A stretch of 64,000 nt of DNA from contig JBNARJ010000011.1 of assembly GCA_049719515.1 (NCBI GenBank), positions 816-64,815 on the forward strand, given 5' to 3'. Below, piece by piece: positions 27,588-37,866 of this stretch; position 1 is the stretch's first letter; every line of letters starts with the position of its first letter. The notes under the pieces were generated by a model, which had not been told where the DNA came from, did no database searches, and worked only from the letters and a program-made list of their open reading frames with translations. Made by a program: the position numbers and the translations under genes. The stretch is from Candidatus Saccharicenans sp. GTDB lineage: Bacteria; Acidobacteriota; Aminicenantia; Aminicenantales; Saccharicenantaceae.

Positions 27588-27637
27588 GTCCCGGCTGTCC
27601 GGTTAAGAAAATTACCCGGGCAGCCGGGATTTTTTAT
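27588..27637 (+). terminator. Rho-independent terminator (GC hairpin plus T-run) downstream of the FadL-like gene; may act bidirectionally with the convergent aspartokinase gene
   Basis: TCCCGGCTGTCCGG ... CCGGGCAGCCGGGA form an inverted repeat, followed by TTTTTTATTT. Confidence 0.55.
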
Positions 27638-27687
27638 TTAAGGCAATCTTAGCCGTACGCCGGCTGAGTTTAATACAGGGTCAAACT

Positions 27688-29169
27688 CTAAGCGGAAGAT
27701 AAAACAGTAACGTTATCATAAGTTTCTTTTCGGTTTGATTTTTGAGACTTTTCTGTTCCTTCGGCTCGAAAGTAGTCCCGATGAAGGGCCTGAACGGCCT
27801 TCAGGGCATCTTCATTTTTTACCAGCAGGTAGAGAGCCACTTCTGATGCGCCGCCGGAAAAAAATTCCAGGTTAATCTTTTCTCTGGCCAAGATAGAAAA
27901 TATCCGGCCGGCTATGCCCGGTCTTTTTTTGAGACCGGCCCCGACACAGGCAATCAGGGCCAGGTCGCTTTCTAAGATTATTTTTTTGATGGCCGGCTCA
28001 TTGAGCTTAAGAAGAAGCCTGTGAGCCGTTTCAGCTTCTGTCCGGTTGAGGATCAGGTTGATGCAGGTTTGCGAAGTTAAAACGCTCAGGATGTTAATTC
28101 CTTTTTCAGATAAGCGGCCGCCAAGCTGACCGATAATTCCGGGCTGGTAACCTACATTGGGGCCCTCAATGCGCAAAACGGAAATGTTTCTGTTAACTGA
28201 AAAACTTTTGATGATTTCCTTTGTCCTGACTGCTTTTTTGGTAATAGTTGTTCCGGCCACCTGGGGTTTATCAAAATTTCTGATTTCAAGAATTACCCGG
28301 CGGCTGGAAATAGGCTCAAAAGTTTTGGGGTGGAGGATTTTGGCCCCAAAATAGGAAAGCTCGGCCGCTTCTTTTTGACTGAGGGATGGGATTAACTTTG
28401 CTCCGGGAACGACATCCGGGTCGGCCGTCAGAAAGCCGGCCACATCTTTATAGGTGATCAGGAAATCTGCGCCTAAAGCCCTGGTCATCAAAGCCGCGCT
28501 GTAATCTGAACCATTACGACCGAGGAGGGCTATTTGCCCGTTTTCTGTGCAGCCAAAAAAGCCGGTAAATACAGGAACAAACAGGCCTCTTTCTATCTCT
28601 TTCAAAGTCCCGGCGAAATTTTTATCAAATTTTTCTATGTTGACTGTGGCTTCCTCACCTGGCCGGTCAACGATTAGCCCGATACGGTCGCTTTCATAGA
28701 CTCTGGCTTCCAAACCAATTTCTATCAGCGTCTCGGCTACCAGGAAAGCAGAAAGACGTTCTCCCTGACTCAGTACTCTGGCTTTCAGGCCAGGTCCGGT
28801 TTCACCAACCAGACTGATTCCTTTGAGGAGACGGTCGAGCCCGGCGAAGATTCCGGTAAGTTTTTCGGAAAGAAGCCCGAATCTTTTAAGCGACAGCAAT
28901 TCTGAAGCCAGAATTAAATGCTTCTGCTTAAGGTGATTGAGTATTCCCCGGAAATTTTTTTCCTGGCCCAAAGCCTGGTGGTAGGCCTCCAGAAGAAGGT
29001 CAGTTACTCCCTGCAGGGCTGAGACCACCACGGCTGCTCTCTCATTTTGTTCTTTGACAATCAACGCCGCTTTTCGAATCGAGGAACTATCTTTTAGGCA
29101 GCTTCCCCCGAATTTCAGGACGCTGACTATTTTATTTGGCGTTTTATTTTTTAAAGGTGTTCCGGACAT
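27688..29169 (-). CDS. Aspartate kinase (amino-acid kinase domain plus ACT domains)
   Basis: KFGGSCL...AAVVVSALQGVTDLL is the aspartokinase N-terminal signature. 493 aa. Immediately downstream of asd. Confidence 0.8.
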   Translation of the reverse strand: MSGTPLKNKTPNKIVSVLKFGGSCLKDSSSIRKAALIVKEQNERAAVVVSALQGVTDLLLEAYHQALGQEKNFRGILNHLKQKHLILASELLSLKRFGLLSEKLTGIFAGLDRLLKGISLVGETGPGLKARVLSQGERLSAFLVAETLIEIGLEARVYESDRIGLIVDRPGEEATVNIEKFDKNFAGTLKEIERGLFVPVFTGFFGCTENGQIALLGRNGSDYSAALMTRALGADFLITYKDVAGFLTADPDVVPGAKLIPSLSQKEAAELSYFGAKILHPKTFEPISSRRVILEIRNFDKPQVAGTTITKKAVRTKEIIKSFSVNRNISVLRIEGPNVGYQPGIIGQLGGRLSEKGINILSVLTSQTCINLILNRTEAETAHRLLLKLNEPAIKKIILESDLALIACVGAGLKKRPGIAGRIFSILAREKINLEFFSGGASEVALYLLVKNEDALKAVQALHRDYFRAEGTEKSQKSNRKETYDNVTVLSSA

Positions 29170-29183
29170 CTTTCACCTCCCGG

Positions 29184-30371
29184 TCAACTCAGGTATCCAA
29201 GAGCAACAGCCAGTTCGGCCGCCAAAAGGCAATTTCCCGCTGCACCGCGCATCAGGTTGTTGGTCAAAGCAAAATAGCGCAATGAATTGTCTGCTAACCG
29301 CCATCGCCCGGCAGAAACGGCCATTCCCCGGGCTGTCTTCGGCCTTCCGGCCCACAGGTCTAAGGCGGGCTGAGGACGATTTTCCTCATCCAGAGCAATC
29401 AGGGGCTGTTCCGGGGCAGAAGGCAGAGAATGGTGAGCCAGCCCGGGGAAGGTATTCATCTGATGGATTAATTCTTTAAGTTCTGGCACGTTCTGGAGTT
29501 CCACGCTGACCTCCAGCAGATGGCCAAACTTTACCGGCACCCGCACACAGGAGGCCAGCACCCGAACGGAATGGTTTATAATTTGGTTGTTATACAGGAA
29601 GCCCAGAACCTTGGCTGTTTCGCGCGCGATTTTCTGCTCTTCATCCTTGATATGCGGGATTAAGTTTTCGAAAATTTCAAGCGCCTGAAGCCCGGTGAAA
29701 CCGGCGCCAGAAATTGATTGAAAAGTGGTGACGCTCACGTTTTTAATTCCCCAGGTAAGAAGCGGTTTGAGTGTCAGGGCGAGGCCGGCCACGCAGCAGT
29801 TGCTGCCTGAAACAATAAAGCCACCATGTTTTTCCTTTTGCAGGTTAATAAGAGCAAGATGTTCCGGGTTGACTTCAGGTATGACCACCGGGACATCTTC
29901 CAGCATCCGGCAGGCCGAAGCATTGGTGAAAACAGCCAGCCGCTGGCTTCTTAAACCCGGCTCAAGATTGAGAGCAATAAAAGCAGGCAAAGCGCTAAAA
30001 ACCACCTGTATGTTTTCCTCCTTGAGCCTGGCCGGCAGGCTGGAGTTGACCGGCTCCAGCTTCATTTCCGAAACAGAGGAAGGAAGTGATGATGAAAGAG
30101 GGTAGGAACAGGAAGGGGAAAAAAGTTGTGGCCAGGCTAACTCCTTGAATTTTTTACTGGCGGTTTTTTCAGATGAAGCCAGGAAGGCCAGTTCGAAAAA
30201 AGGATGGTCAAGTAAAAGCCTGACAAAGTGCTGGCCGACCAGGCCCGTCGCACCGAGGACGGCGGCTCTTAATTTTTTGCCGTTTGTTAAGGCTCTCGCC
30301 CTGGAATTCAGGCCAGATGCTTCTAAATTTTCTTTTGGCTGTATGGCTTTGAATTTGTTCGTAGGTTTCAT
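29184..30371 (-). CDS. asd: Aspartate-semialdehyde dehydrogenase with about 40 aa N-terminal extension
   Basis: AVLGATGLVGQ Rossmann motif and the active-site GSNCCVAG (Cys). GGAGG SD 7 nt before the ATG at 30371. Confidence 0.8.
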   Translation of the reverse strand: MKPTNKFKAIQPKENLEASGLNSRARALTNGKKLRAAVLGATGLVGQHFVRLLLDHPFFELAFLASSEKTASKKFKELAWPQLFSPSCSYPLSSSLPSSVSEMKLEPVNSSLPARLKEENIQVVFSALPAFIALNLEPGLRSQRLAVFTNASACRMLEDVPVVIPEVNPEHLALINLQKEKHGGFIVSGSNCCVAGLALTLKPLLTWGIKNVSVTTFQSISGAGFTGLQALEIFENLIPHIKDEEQKIARETAKVLGFLYNNQIINHSVRVLASCVRVPVKFGHLLEVSVELQNVPELKELIHQMNTFPGLAHHSLPSAPEQPLIALDEENRPQPALDLWAGRPKTARGMAVSAGRWRLADNSLRYFALTNNLMRGAAGNCLLAAELAVALGYLS

Positions 30372-30632
30372 GTCAAACCTCCAGGTTTTTGCTGTGATGT
30401 ACGTCAGAGTGATACAGGCAAAGCAGACAGACTGCTGCCTTTTACTGGATTAGGGGGTCCCCGAATACCTGCCTTCCTCGGGAAGGCAAGCATTCGGGCT
30501 TCACATTATCATGCAGGGGAGATAATGGGAGGGTAGATAAAAAATATGGGGAAGAGTGCCGTTCAGGTGATGACTGCTTTTTGGAGCCAAAAACCCATTA
30601 TTCATTTTTGCTTTTCCTTATTTCCTCAAAAA

Positions 30633-30661
30633 AAATTAGCAGAATTGTTAGAACCTGTCAA
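30633..30661 (-). promoter_or_regulatory. Candidate sigma-70 promoter of the asd-aspartokinase operon (TTGACA-17-TAATTT) with about 250 nt structured leader
   Basis: The minus strand reads TTGACAggttctaacaattctgcTAATTT. It is followed by a leader containing two imperfect hairpins (30440-30500 region). Confidence 0.4.
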
Positions 30662-30692
30662 GAAAACGGCCGGAAATTGATGTTCGTTAATT

Positions 30693-31433
30693 TCATTTTT
30701 TAAAAAATTCTTTAATTCGCGGGTCATCTTTGATGGCGGCAAACTCAGGTTCTTTCTCTAAAAGTTCCCAGTTTTTAAAGCCATAGCGGCGGGCCTTTTC
30801 CAGGTTTTCCACTGTTTTATCAAGGTCATTGCGGCCGGCATACAGTCTGGCCAGGGCAAAATAAAGTTCAGGCAGAGCTGAACCCTTCATCGGCAGGCCG
30901 ACCACGGATTCAGCATGTTTTTCCAGAAAATCAGGTGCTAACTCCAGCGCCCGGCTGAGACAGCTTATTCCTTTTTCTTTTTCTCCGAGCTGGAAGTAAA
31001 CCGCGCCGAGACCATAATAGGCGCTGGCCAGGTCAGGGGCCAATTCTATGGCCTTTTCATAATAATCCCGGGCTTTTTGGTAAAGCTCCTTCATGGCATA
31101 AGTGCTGGCCAGGTTAAGGTATCCTGTGGCGTACTTGGGGTCGGTTTTAATGGCTTTAATAAAATAGGCTTCTGCCTGGTCATAATTACTCTCGCGGAAA
31201 TAGGACAGCCCGACCAGGTTGTAGGCTCTGGCTGACCTGGGGTTGATGGAAATGGCCTGGAACAGTTCTTGACGGGCCAGCGTATACTGCCCGCTTTGCA
31301 TGAAGCTTATAGCCCGGTTTAAGTGAAGATTATATTCTGAGGGAGAAACGGCTTTCTTTGCTGGCAAACAGGCCGAAAAAACAAGAAGCACAAATGAGAA
31401 AAGGATGATGATTTTTAATCTTTTGCTGAACAT
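30693..31433 (-). CDS. TPR-repeat lipoprotein
   Basis: A signal peptide with lipobox (FSAC) and multiple 34-aa TPR-like repeats (AxxYxxLGxxYxxxGxYxxAxxxY). Confidence 0.65.
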   Translation of the reverse strand: MFSKRLKIIILFSFVLLVFSACLPAKKAVSPSEYNLHLNRAISFMQSGQYTLARQELFQAISINPRSARAYNLVGLSYFRESNYDQAEAYFIKAIKTDPKYATGYLNLASTYAMKELYQKARDYYEKAIELAPDLASAYYGLGAVYFQLGEKEKGISCLSRALELAPDFLEKHAESVVGLPMKGSALPELYFALARLYAGRNDLDKTVENLEKARRYGFKNWELLEKEPEFAAIKDDPRIKEFFKK

Positions 31434-31648
31434 TTTATGCCTCCTGCCACAAATATATTTTATTTTTTTTATAAATTTACTGTCAAACGGGAGAGCCGCA
31501 ATTGAGGGAGCGGGGGTCAGGGTTTTTAAAATTATTTGATTTTAAGGTCTTAATGATTTTAGGCCAATTTAGATGATAGGAGGCATGAGAAAAAATTGAG
31601 ATTTGAAACAGTTCTCTTTGATTAAAATTCAACTATCTTTTAGCTGGA

Positions 31649-33301
31649 TTATTCTTCATCAAGCCTTAACGCCAGCCGGTAGAGACCAAATTTTTTTAGG
31701 TAAGGGGTGGCCCTGTATTTCTTGAGCCTTAGCTTGATTCGGTCAGTGGTTACCGGCGTGAAAGTTATTAACCTTTTATAACCGATGGTCGTTCCGGCGG
31801 CCATCTGTTCCCAGCTTCCGTTTTTCCAGACTTCCAGCGAAAATTCTTCCACTCTCTGCCCTTTGGAAATATCTTCCCTTAGTTCAGCACAATCAAAAGT
31901 AGCTTTTTCCCCCAGCCAGAATTCCACGCTGGCTTCTTCCTGGTTTTCAGCCGGAGCCCAACTGTCTTGCTCCTCATTGTTCACCAGCGAAGCGGCGGGA
32001 TGTTTTTTTTGTTCGCTGGAGGCGATGGCTCTGGCTTTTAGGGCGAAATCTTTCCTGAAAGTAAGGTCCAGGAGCTTTTTCCATTCTTTAAGCGACCGGG
32101 CATCATTTTCGTTTATCAGCCCGCGTCTGTCAGGCGGTATGTTCAGAAGCAGGACGGAATTTCTGCCCACCGATTGGAAGTATATTCTGAACAGGTCGGC
32201 CGGTGTTTTCACCTGGCTATCCTGGTCAGGATGATAGAACCAGCCGGGCCTGATGGATACATCCACCTCGGCCGGATACCAGAACAGAGCCCGCGCCTGC
32301 AGAATCTTTTGGCGGCTCCCCAGGTCTTCTCCCATCAGATTTTGTGGCACGAAAACTTTTTCCAGGCTCAGAACCTTTTTTTGCAGGGCGCTCAGGGAAG
32401 TTGCGGGCAAGCTTAAAGGAAGAACACTCCATTCTGTTTCCCGGGCCAGCCCGTTTTCGTTACCCACCCACCTGACGTCCGGACCCATAATGGCTATAAC
32501 CGCGGCCGGCTGAAGCTTTCGGACAAGCTGGTAGTAAGAATTCCAATCATATTCTTGCCGCCGTCCGTTCGGGCCTTCTCCGCAATAGCCATCGAACCAG
32601 ACTTCAGCCACGGGGCCGTATTCAGTGAGCAGTTCTCTGAGCTGGCGGCGGAAAAATTCATTGTAGGCTTCTGTACCGTAGCTTTTTTCGTGTCTGTCCC
32701 AGGGTGAAAGGTAAAAGCCAAACTCCAGCCCTTCTTCCCGACAGGCTCGTGCCACATCCCGCACCACATCTCCGTGCCCGTTCAGCCATTTGCTTTTTTT
32801 GACTGAAAAATCGGTCGTTCCGGTGGGCCACAGGCAGAAACCATCATGGTGCTTGGCCGTTAAGATGACTGTTTTAAACCCGGCTTCTTTTAAAATTCTG
32901 GTCCACTGCCTCGGGTTGAAGGAAGTCGGGTGGAAAACATCCGGGGATTCAGTGCCCAGGCCGAGTTCTCGGTTTGTAAAAGTGTTCAGCCCAAAATGAA
33001 TAAAAGCCATCAGCTCTTTCTGCTGCCAGGCCATCTGTCGCTGGTCAGGAATTACATGAGCTGCTTTGAATATGATGGTCTGTTCGTCATCTTCTGGGTC
33101 AATAAATTGAATCCGGTGGGGCTGGACGGGATCTTTTAACACTCGGTCAGAAGCGGGGACAGACTTTTTATGGCAGGAAAAAAGGAAAAAGGTCAGAAAA
33201 AGAAAGATAATAGACGCGAATAATAAATTTATCCGTAAACGCCTATCAAAAAACCTCATTTTCTCCTTAGTTTCGAGACGTGTCATTTTTGACCAGGCCA
33301 T
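31649..33301 (-). CDS. Alpha-L-fucosidase (GH29) with C-terminal F5/8-type C (discoidin-like) domain
   Basis: ILTAKHHDGFCLWPT is the GH29 signature. An N-terminal signal or anchor. The C-terminal beta-sandwich region resembles the typical GH29 accessory domain. Confidence 0.8.
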   Translation of the reverse strand: MAWSKMTRLETKEKMRFFDRRLRINLLFASIIFLFLTFFLFSCHKKSVPASDRVLKDPVQPHRIQFIDPEDDEQTIIFKAAHVIPDQRQMAWQQKELMAFIHFGLNTFTNRELGLGTESPDVFHPTSFNPRQWTRILKEAGFKTVILTAKHHDGFCLWPTGTTDFSVKKSKWLNGHGDVVRDVARACREEGLEFGFYLSPWDRHEKSYGTEAYNEFFRRQLRELLTEYGPVAEVWFDGYCGEGPNGRRQEYDWNSYYQLVRKLQPAAVIAIMGPDVRWVGNENGLARETEWSVLPLSLPATSLSALQKKVLSLEKVFVPQNLMGEDLGSRQKILQARALFWYPAEVDVSIRPGWFYHPDQDSQVKTPADLFRIYFQSVGRNSVLLLNIPPDRRGLINENDARSLKEWKKLLDLTFRKDFALKARAIASSEQKKHPAASLVNNEEQDSWAPAENQEEASVEFWLGEKATFDCAELREDISKGQRVEEFSLEVWKNGSWEQMAAGTTIGYKRLITFTPVTTDRIKLRLKKYRATPYLKKFGLYRLALRLDEE

Positions 33302-33346
33302 AAACCTTTTTCTTCCTGTTGTTCTGTTTTTTTTGCGCTGACTTAT

Positions 33347-34891
33347 TTACCAGAAAATCAGGTAGAGCGTGATGGTGATGATAATGATGGCGGCACACAG
33401 GTATTTGAGGATTGGCGTTGAACTCATGTCAAAACCTTCCAGTACGGGCAGCACCTTGGGTTCCTTAAGGGGCTTCAACAGGGTAATGATGGCCATCACC
33501 AGCACCAAAACCAGAAAATTTATGGCGATGCGATTGAGAAAAGCCACCTGGCCAAACTGCCATTTAAGAAAACCATAAACAGGGACTGATAAAACAAGAG
33601 ATGTAACCCCGGCTGCCGGCGGAGTTTTCTTGATAAACAGGCCAAAAACAAAAGCAGCCAGAACTCCAGGAGAGACAAAGCCCTGGAATTCCTGGATGTA
33701 GTTAAAAATTCCTTTAAACCGGGGGTCTCCCAGGTGCGGGGCCAGCAGGCAAACGGCTAACACAAAAATGACGGTAGCCACCCTTCCTATTTTTATTAAA
33801 GATTCCTGGCTGGCCTTTGGGTTGAGGTGCCTTTTGTAAATGTCCATGGTCAGGATGGTGGACACCGAATTCAGCAGTGAGCCAAGGGTGCTGATGACCG
33901 CTCCGGCGATGGCGGCCAGAATGAATCCTTTAAGCCCCGGGCCGACCAGGTTCTTAATAAGCAGCGGATAGGCCTGGTCGGTCGTATGACCGGGAGCCAG
34001 AAGTTGATCCTTGTAGAGCTGATAAGAGATGATGCCGGGGATTATGATGATAAACGGGATGAGCAGTTTGAGAAAGGCGGCAAACATGATGCCTAACTGC
34101 CCCTGTTTCAGACTTTTGGCCGCCAGCGTCCGCTGGGTGATAAATTGGTTTAATCCCCAGTAATAAAAATTAGGAATCCACAGACCGACCACGAGGGTGG
34201 TCCAGGGAATGACCGGATGGTCAGCGGGCAAAATCATGTGAAGCTTATCCTGGTTGGCGGCAAAGAAAGCTCCTACCCCGCCGACGGCTTTGAAGCCGAG
34301 AATCATGGTCACCACACCCCCAAAAATCAAAGCCGACCCCTGAAAAAGGTCAGCCCAGGCTACGGCTTTGAGTCCGCCCCACGTGGTGTAGATGGCAGCG
34401 ATGATGCCTATTAGCCAGACCGCTTTAACCAGGTCAAAGTCAAATATCGTATGAAGGGCAAGTGCTCCCGTGTAAACCACTGCCGCGATGCTCACCAGGG
34501 TATACATCAGTACCATGTAAAGGGCCATGATAAATCTGGCAGCCGGGTTGTAGCGGTATTCGAGGAATTCTGGAATGGTATAAATTCCACTGCGCAGGAA
34601 TTTCGGCAGAAAAAACAGGGCCACAAACACGAGAGTTATGGCAGCCATCCATTCGTAGCTGGCCACCGCCATTCCGGCCAGGCCGGCTGCCTGTCCGGAC
34701 ATGCCGACAAAATGTTCAGTGGAAATGTTGGCGGCAATCAGGGAAAATCCAATTAGCGGCCAAACCAGGCCACGGCCGGCCAGGAAAAAATCGGTGCCGG
34801 TCCTTTCTTTTCTGCTTTTATACATGCTTACAGAAACCACGACGGCAAAGAAAAGCACAAAGATGGTTAAATCAAGCCAGTGCAGTTCCAT
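33347..34891 (-). CDS. Sodium:solute symporter (SSS family)
   Basis: 514 aa with around 13-14 TM helices and the N-terminal pattern typical of SSS (LAGR...S..ST.HFVG.SG). Adjacent to the fucosidase. Confidence 0.75.
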   Translation of the reverse strand: MELHWLDLTIFVLFFAVVVSVSMYKSRKERTGTDFFLAGRGLVWPLIGFSLIAANISTEHFVGMSGQAAGLAGMAVASYEWMAAITLVFVALFFLPKFLRSGIYTIPEFLEYRYNPAARFIMALYMVLMYTLVSIAAVVYTGALALHTIFDFDLVKAVWLIGIIAAIYTTWGGLKAVAWADLFQGSALIFGGVVTMILGFKAVGGVGAFFAANQDKLHMILPADHPVIPWTTLVVGLWIPNFYYWGLNQFITQRTLAAKSLKQGQLGIMFAAFLKLLIPFIIIIPGIISYQLYKDQLLAPGHTTDQAYPLLIKNLVGPGLKGFILAAIAGAVISTLGSLLNSVSTILTMDIYKRHLNPKASQESLIKIGRVATVIFVLAVCLLAPHLGDPRFKGIFNYIQEFQGFVSPGVLAAFVFGLFIKKTPPAAGVTSLVLSVPVYGFLKWQFGQVAFLNRIAINFLVLVLVMAIITLLKPLKEPKVLPVLEGFDMSSTPILKYLCAAIIIITITLYLIFW

Positions 34892-35213
34892 CGCTCACTC
34901 CTTGATTTGGTCTTCATGATAAAAAATTTTTCATAAACAATTTAACAGGATTTCAGCATATTTAAAAGTTAAACAAACGTCAATCTAATAAATAAACCGG
35001 TCATTGGAGAAGGGAAAATTCATGAAATACATGAAGAAGATAGGAGTTCTTCAGAGTTTTTGGAGAGAAAGAGACAGAAAATAATACATTCAAAAAATAG
35101 TCCCTGTCAGGGCGAGGGCCGGTGAGAAGTGCCGGCTGGAAAATATCTGGCAGAGGTATAAATAAAAACAGACTTACCCGAATAAATTTGCCGTTCGGCC
35201 GGAATTATCAACC

Positions 35214-36248
35214 TCAAAAAACAAAGGCAGCTTTTAAAACGCCGTCCAGCCTGTCGGCCGCCGTGGTGAAGGCCAGCTGTCCTTCTGCGAGAGAGAACCT
35301 GTGCGTGAGCAGCCATGAAACATCAACCTGCTTTTCGTGTATGGCTTTCAAAGCAATTTCCAGGCATCGATTCTGTCTTCTTGAATTAATGATGGTGATT
35401 TCTTTTCTCCTGAGCTTGCTTATACGGTAAGAAATTCTTTCGGGCAGGGGAATGCCCACCTGAATTATTTTTCCGCCAGGCTTCACTAATTCCACAGCCT
35501 GGTCGATGGCCTCCTGGTCTCCGCTGACTTCAAACACCACTTCCAGACCTAAGGGTTGGCGGGTTGATATTTCTTTTACCACGTCTTCTTCTTCGACGTT
35601 GGCGGCCCAGCTCGCTCCGGCTTTGAGGGCGGCCTGAACTCGCGCCTGGGACCTGTCGGTAGCATAAATGGAGGGAAACCCGTGGGCTTTTAACCAGAGT
35701 ATCAATGAAAGACCGATTGGCCCGGTACCCAGGACTCCTATTTTATCCCGGCTTTCCGGTTTGGCCAGGTTAAAGGCATGGATGGCAATGGACAGGGGTT
35801 CGGCCAGCATGGCCAGTTCAGGGGAGAAGCTTTCGGGCAATTTAAAAAGGTTTTTTTCGGGCATGACGAAATACTCGGCAAAGCAGCCATCCAGTTCACC
35901 CGGATGACCGAGAAATTTAATCTTCCGGCAGGTGTTAAACCGGCCAGCAAGACACTGGTCGCATTTACCGCAGGAGATGGATGGTTCCACAGCTACCAGG
36001 TCGCCCGGGCTCAAGGCTTTAACTTCTGGCCCGACCTTGACCACTTCAGCCGAACACTCATGACCAACCAGGCAGGGATAGGGAATAAGCTCACCGCCGA
36101 CACTTTCAGAAATAAAATAATGGAGGTCGCTTCCGCAGATGCCGGCCACCCTGGTTTTTAGCAGGACCTGGTCCGGTTCTGAAAGTTCAGGTATCGGCAT
36201 TTCTCTGATTTCGGCCTGCCTCAAACCGGTTAAGTACAGAGCTTTCAT
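35214..36248 (-). CDS. Zn-dependent medium-chain alcohol/polyol dehydrogenase (sorbitol/threonine dehydrogenase-like)
   Basis: GICGSDLHY, GHECSAEV (catalytic Zn), the structural Zn Cys cluster CGKCDQC and GxGxxG (GTGPIGL). Confidence 0.8.
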   Translation of the reverse strand: MKALYLTGLRQAEIREMPIPELSEPDQVLLKTRVAGICGSDLHYFISESVGGELIPYPCLVGHECSAEVVKVGPEVKALSPGDLVAVEPSISCGKCDQCLAGRFNTCRKIKFLGHPGELDGCFAEYFVMPEKNLFKLPESFSPELAMLAEPLSIAIHAFNLAKPESRDKIGVLGTGPIGLSLILWLKAHGFPSIYATDRSQARVQAALKAGASWAANVEEEDVVKEISTRQPLGLEVVFEVSGDQEAIDQAVELVKPGGKIIQVGIPLPERISYRISKLRRKEITIINSRRQNRCLEIALKAIHEKQVDVSWLLTHRFSLAEGQLAFTTAADRLDGVLKAAFVF

Positions 36249-36422
36249 TTGCTTTTCCTTTTTTGCTTTTTCTGTTTTTCTTTTATTATATTAATAAGGT
36301 CGTAAAGATGTTAAGTCAACCTTTAAGAGTAAGATTCGCAAAAATAGCTTTAATTTGAAACAAAATTTTTATATGTTATTTGATGTTACTTGTAGTCTGA
36401 ATTAAAGAGTTCAGGAGAACTG

Positions 36423-37256
36423 ATGTTTTCGAAGAAAATTCATATTCACCCTTACCTTTATATTCCATTTGTCCTCGGGCTTACCTGGGGAACGTGGCTG
36501 CTGGCCATAGCCACCGGCCAGGGAGTGGAAAACCCGGCCGTGAAAATCCTGTTAATTGCCGGGCTTCTTTCACCCGCCCTGGTTGCCCTGGCTTTTATTC
36601 TACTGGGGGAAGATGCTGAGTATCACTGGGATTACTGGAGAAGAGTGTTTGACCCGACCCTGATCGGCAAACAGGGCTTCCGGATGATTTTCTTTTTGCC
36701 TTTTATTATTACCGTTGTTTCTATCTTTGCCTCATTAATTTTTGGCGGTCAGCTGCACCAGCTGAAACTTATTCCCCAGGTGCGGGCCCATATTCCATCC
36801 ATCCTTTTTTTTATTTTTTACAACCTTTTTGTCGGACCTTTTCCAGAAGAGCTTGGCTGGCGTGGTTACTGGCTGGATAAACTGTCTCACCAGCTTTCAG
36901 GTTTGAAGGCCAGCCTGCTGGTTGGCCTGGTCTGGGCCCTCTGGCATTTGCCGCTTTTTCTGGTAAGGGGTTACATACTTCAGGCCCGTTCTTCCCACCC
37001 GCTTCTGGTCATACTTTATTTTATTGAGCTCTTTCCCAAATCGGTGATTTTTACCTACCTGTTTTTCAAAAACCGGAGAAGCACCCTGGCGGCGATACTT
37101 TTCCACTTCATGATAAACTTTGTCAATCAATTATTCGAACTGAACGTCATCACTGTCGGAATCGAGACTTTTCTTTACGTGGCCGTGGCGGTATATCTGG
37201 TCAGAAAAAATAAAGGGATATTTAGCGAAGCAGAAGCTACTGGCTCAGCTCAGTAG
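36423..37256 (+). CDS. CPBP-family intramembrane metalloprotease (CAAX protease / Abi-like)
   Basis: EELGWRGY and VWALWH match the CPBP EExxxR and FxxxH motifs, and there are multiple TM helices. Confidence 0.75.
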   Translation: MFSKKIHIHPYLYIPFVLGLTWGTWLLAIATGQGVENPAVKILLIAGLLSPALVALAFILLGEDAEYHWDYWRRVFDPTLIGKQGFRMIFFLPFIITVVSIFASLIFGGQLHQLKLIPQVRAHIPSILFFIFYNLFVGPFPEELGWRGYWLDKLSHQLSGLKASLLVGLVWALWHLPLFLVRGYILQARSSHPLLVILYFIELFPKSVIFTYLFFKNRRSTLAAILFHFMINFVNQLFELNVITVGIETFLYVAVAVYLVRKNKGIFSEAEATGSAQ

Positions 37257-37596
37257 TTTGGGGGTAGCTGATGAGGAACATGGAGCCAGCCTGAATTATG
37301 ATGAAAATAACAAAGGCCAGCAGCAAAATGCCAAAAATGATGAACAGGACTGATTTTAAATTCGAGACTTTTTCTGCAATACCCTGAGGGAAGAAAATAT
37401 CAAAACCCATTTTGCCCAGCATGATGATCAGGATGGTCAGCCCAAAAAAGAGCCTGTAGACAAGAATTTTGGCCTGGGCGTAATCAGACTGCTCTATTCT
37501 AAGAAATGGATAAAGGAGCCAAAAGGCGGTCAAAAAAGCCAGCACCCCAACCCAGTGCTTTCGCAATTCCTTGGAAAGTGCTTCTAATGCCCTCAT
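37237..37596 (-). CDS. Small hypothetical membrane protein
   Basis: 119 aa with 3 hydrophobic helices. Overlaps the CPBP gene end by 20 nt. Weak support. Confidence 0.3.
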   Translation of the reverse strand: MRALEALSKELRKHWVGVLAFLTAFWLLYPFLRIEQSDYAQAKILVYRLFFGLTILIIMLGKMGFDIFFPQGIAEKVSNLKSVLFIIFGILLLAFVIFIIIQAGSMFLISYPQTTELSQ

Positions 37597-37866
37597 TTTC
37601 TGCTTACATTTTACCTTAATTTTCGTTTTTTAATCAAACTTTATCCTGCCTTCCTTTAATTTTTGAGCCATCTGCCTCTGTGCGGTTTTCAAAAAATAAA
37701 TCCCTTGTTTGCCATAGTTCTGCTTTATCTGACGAAATAAAAATATTTTTATTCCCAAAAAATTAATTTGAAAAAACATTAAAAAACTTTAAAATTCGCT
37801 TGCATATTGGTATATATTGGTATAAAATGGACTACGAAAATATATAAATTTCTAACGAGGTATATT

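Noticed and set aside
30372-30692. Lysine riboswitch upstream of asd / aspartokinase
   Set aside because: This was expected from the gene context, but the conserved lysine-box elements (AGAGGNGC ... GGGGAG...) are not present. It is kept only as an unspecified structured leader.
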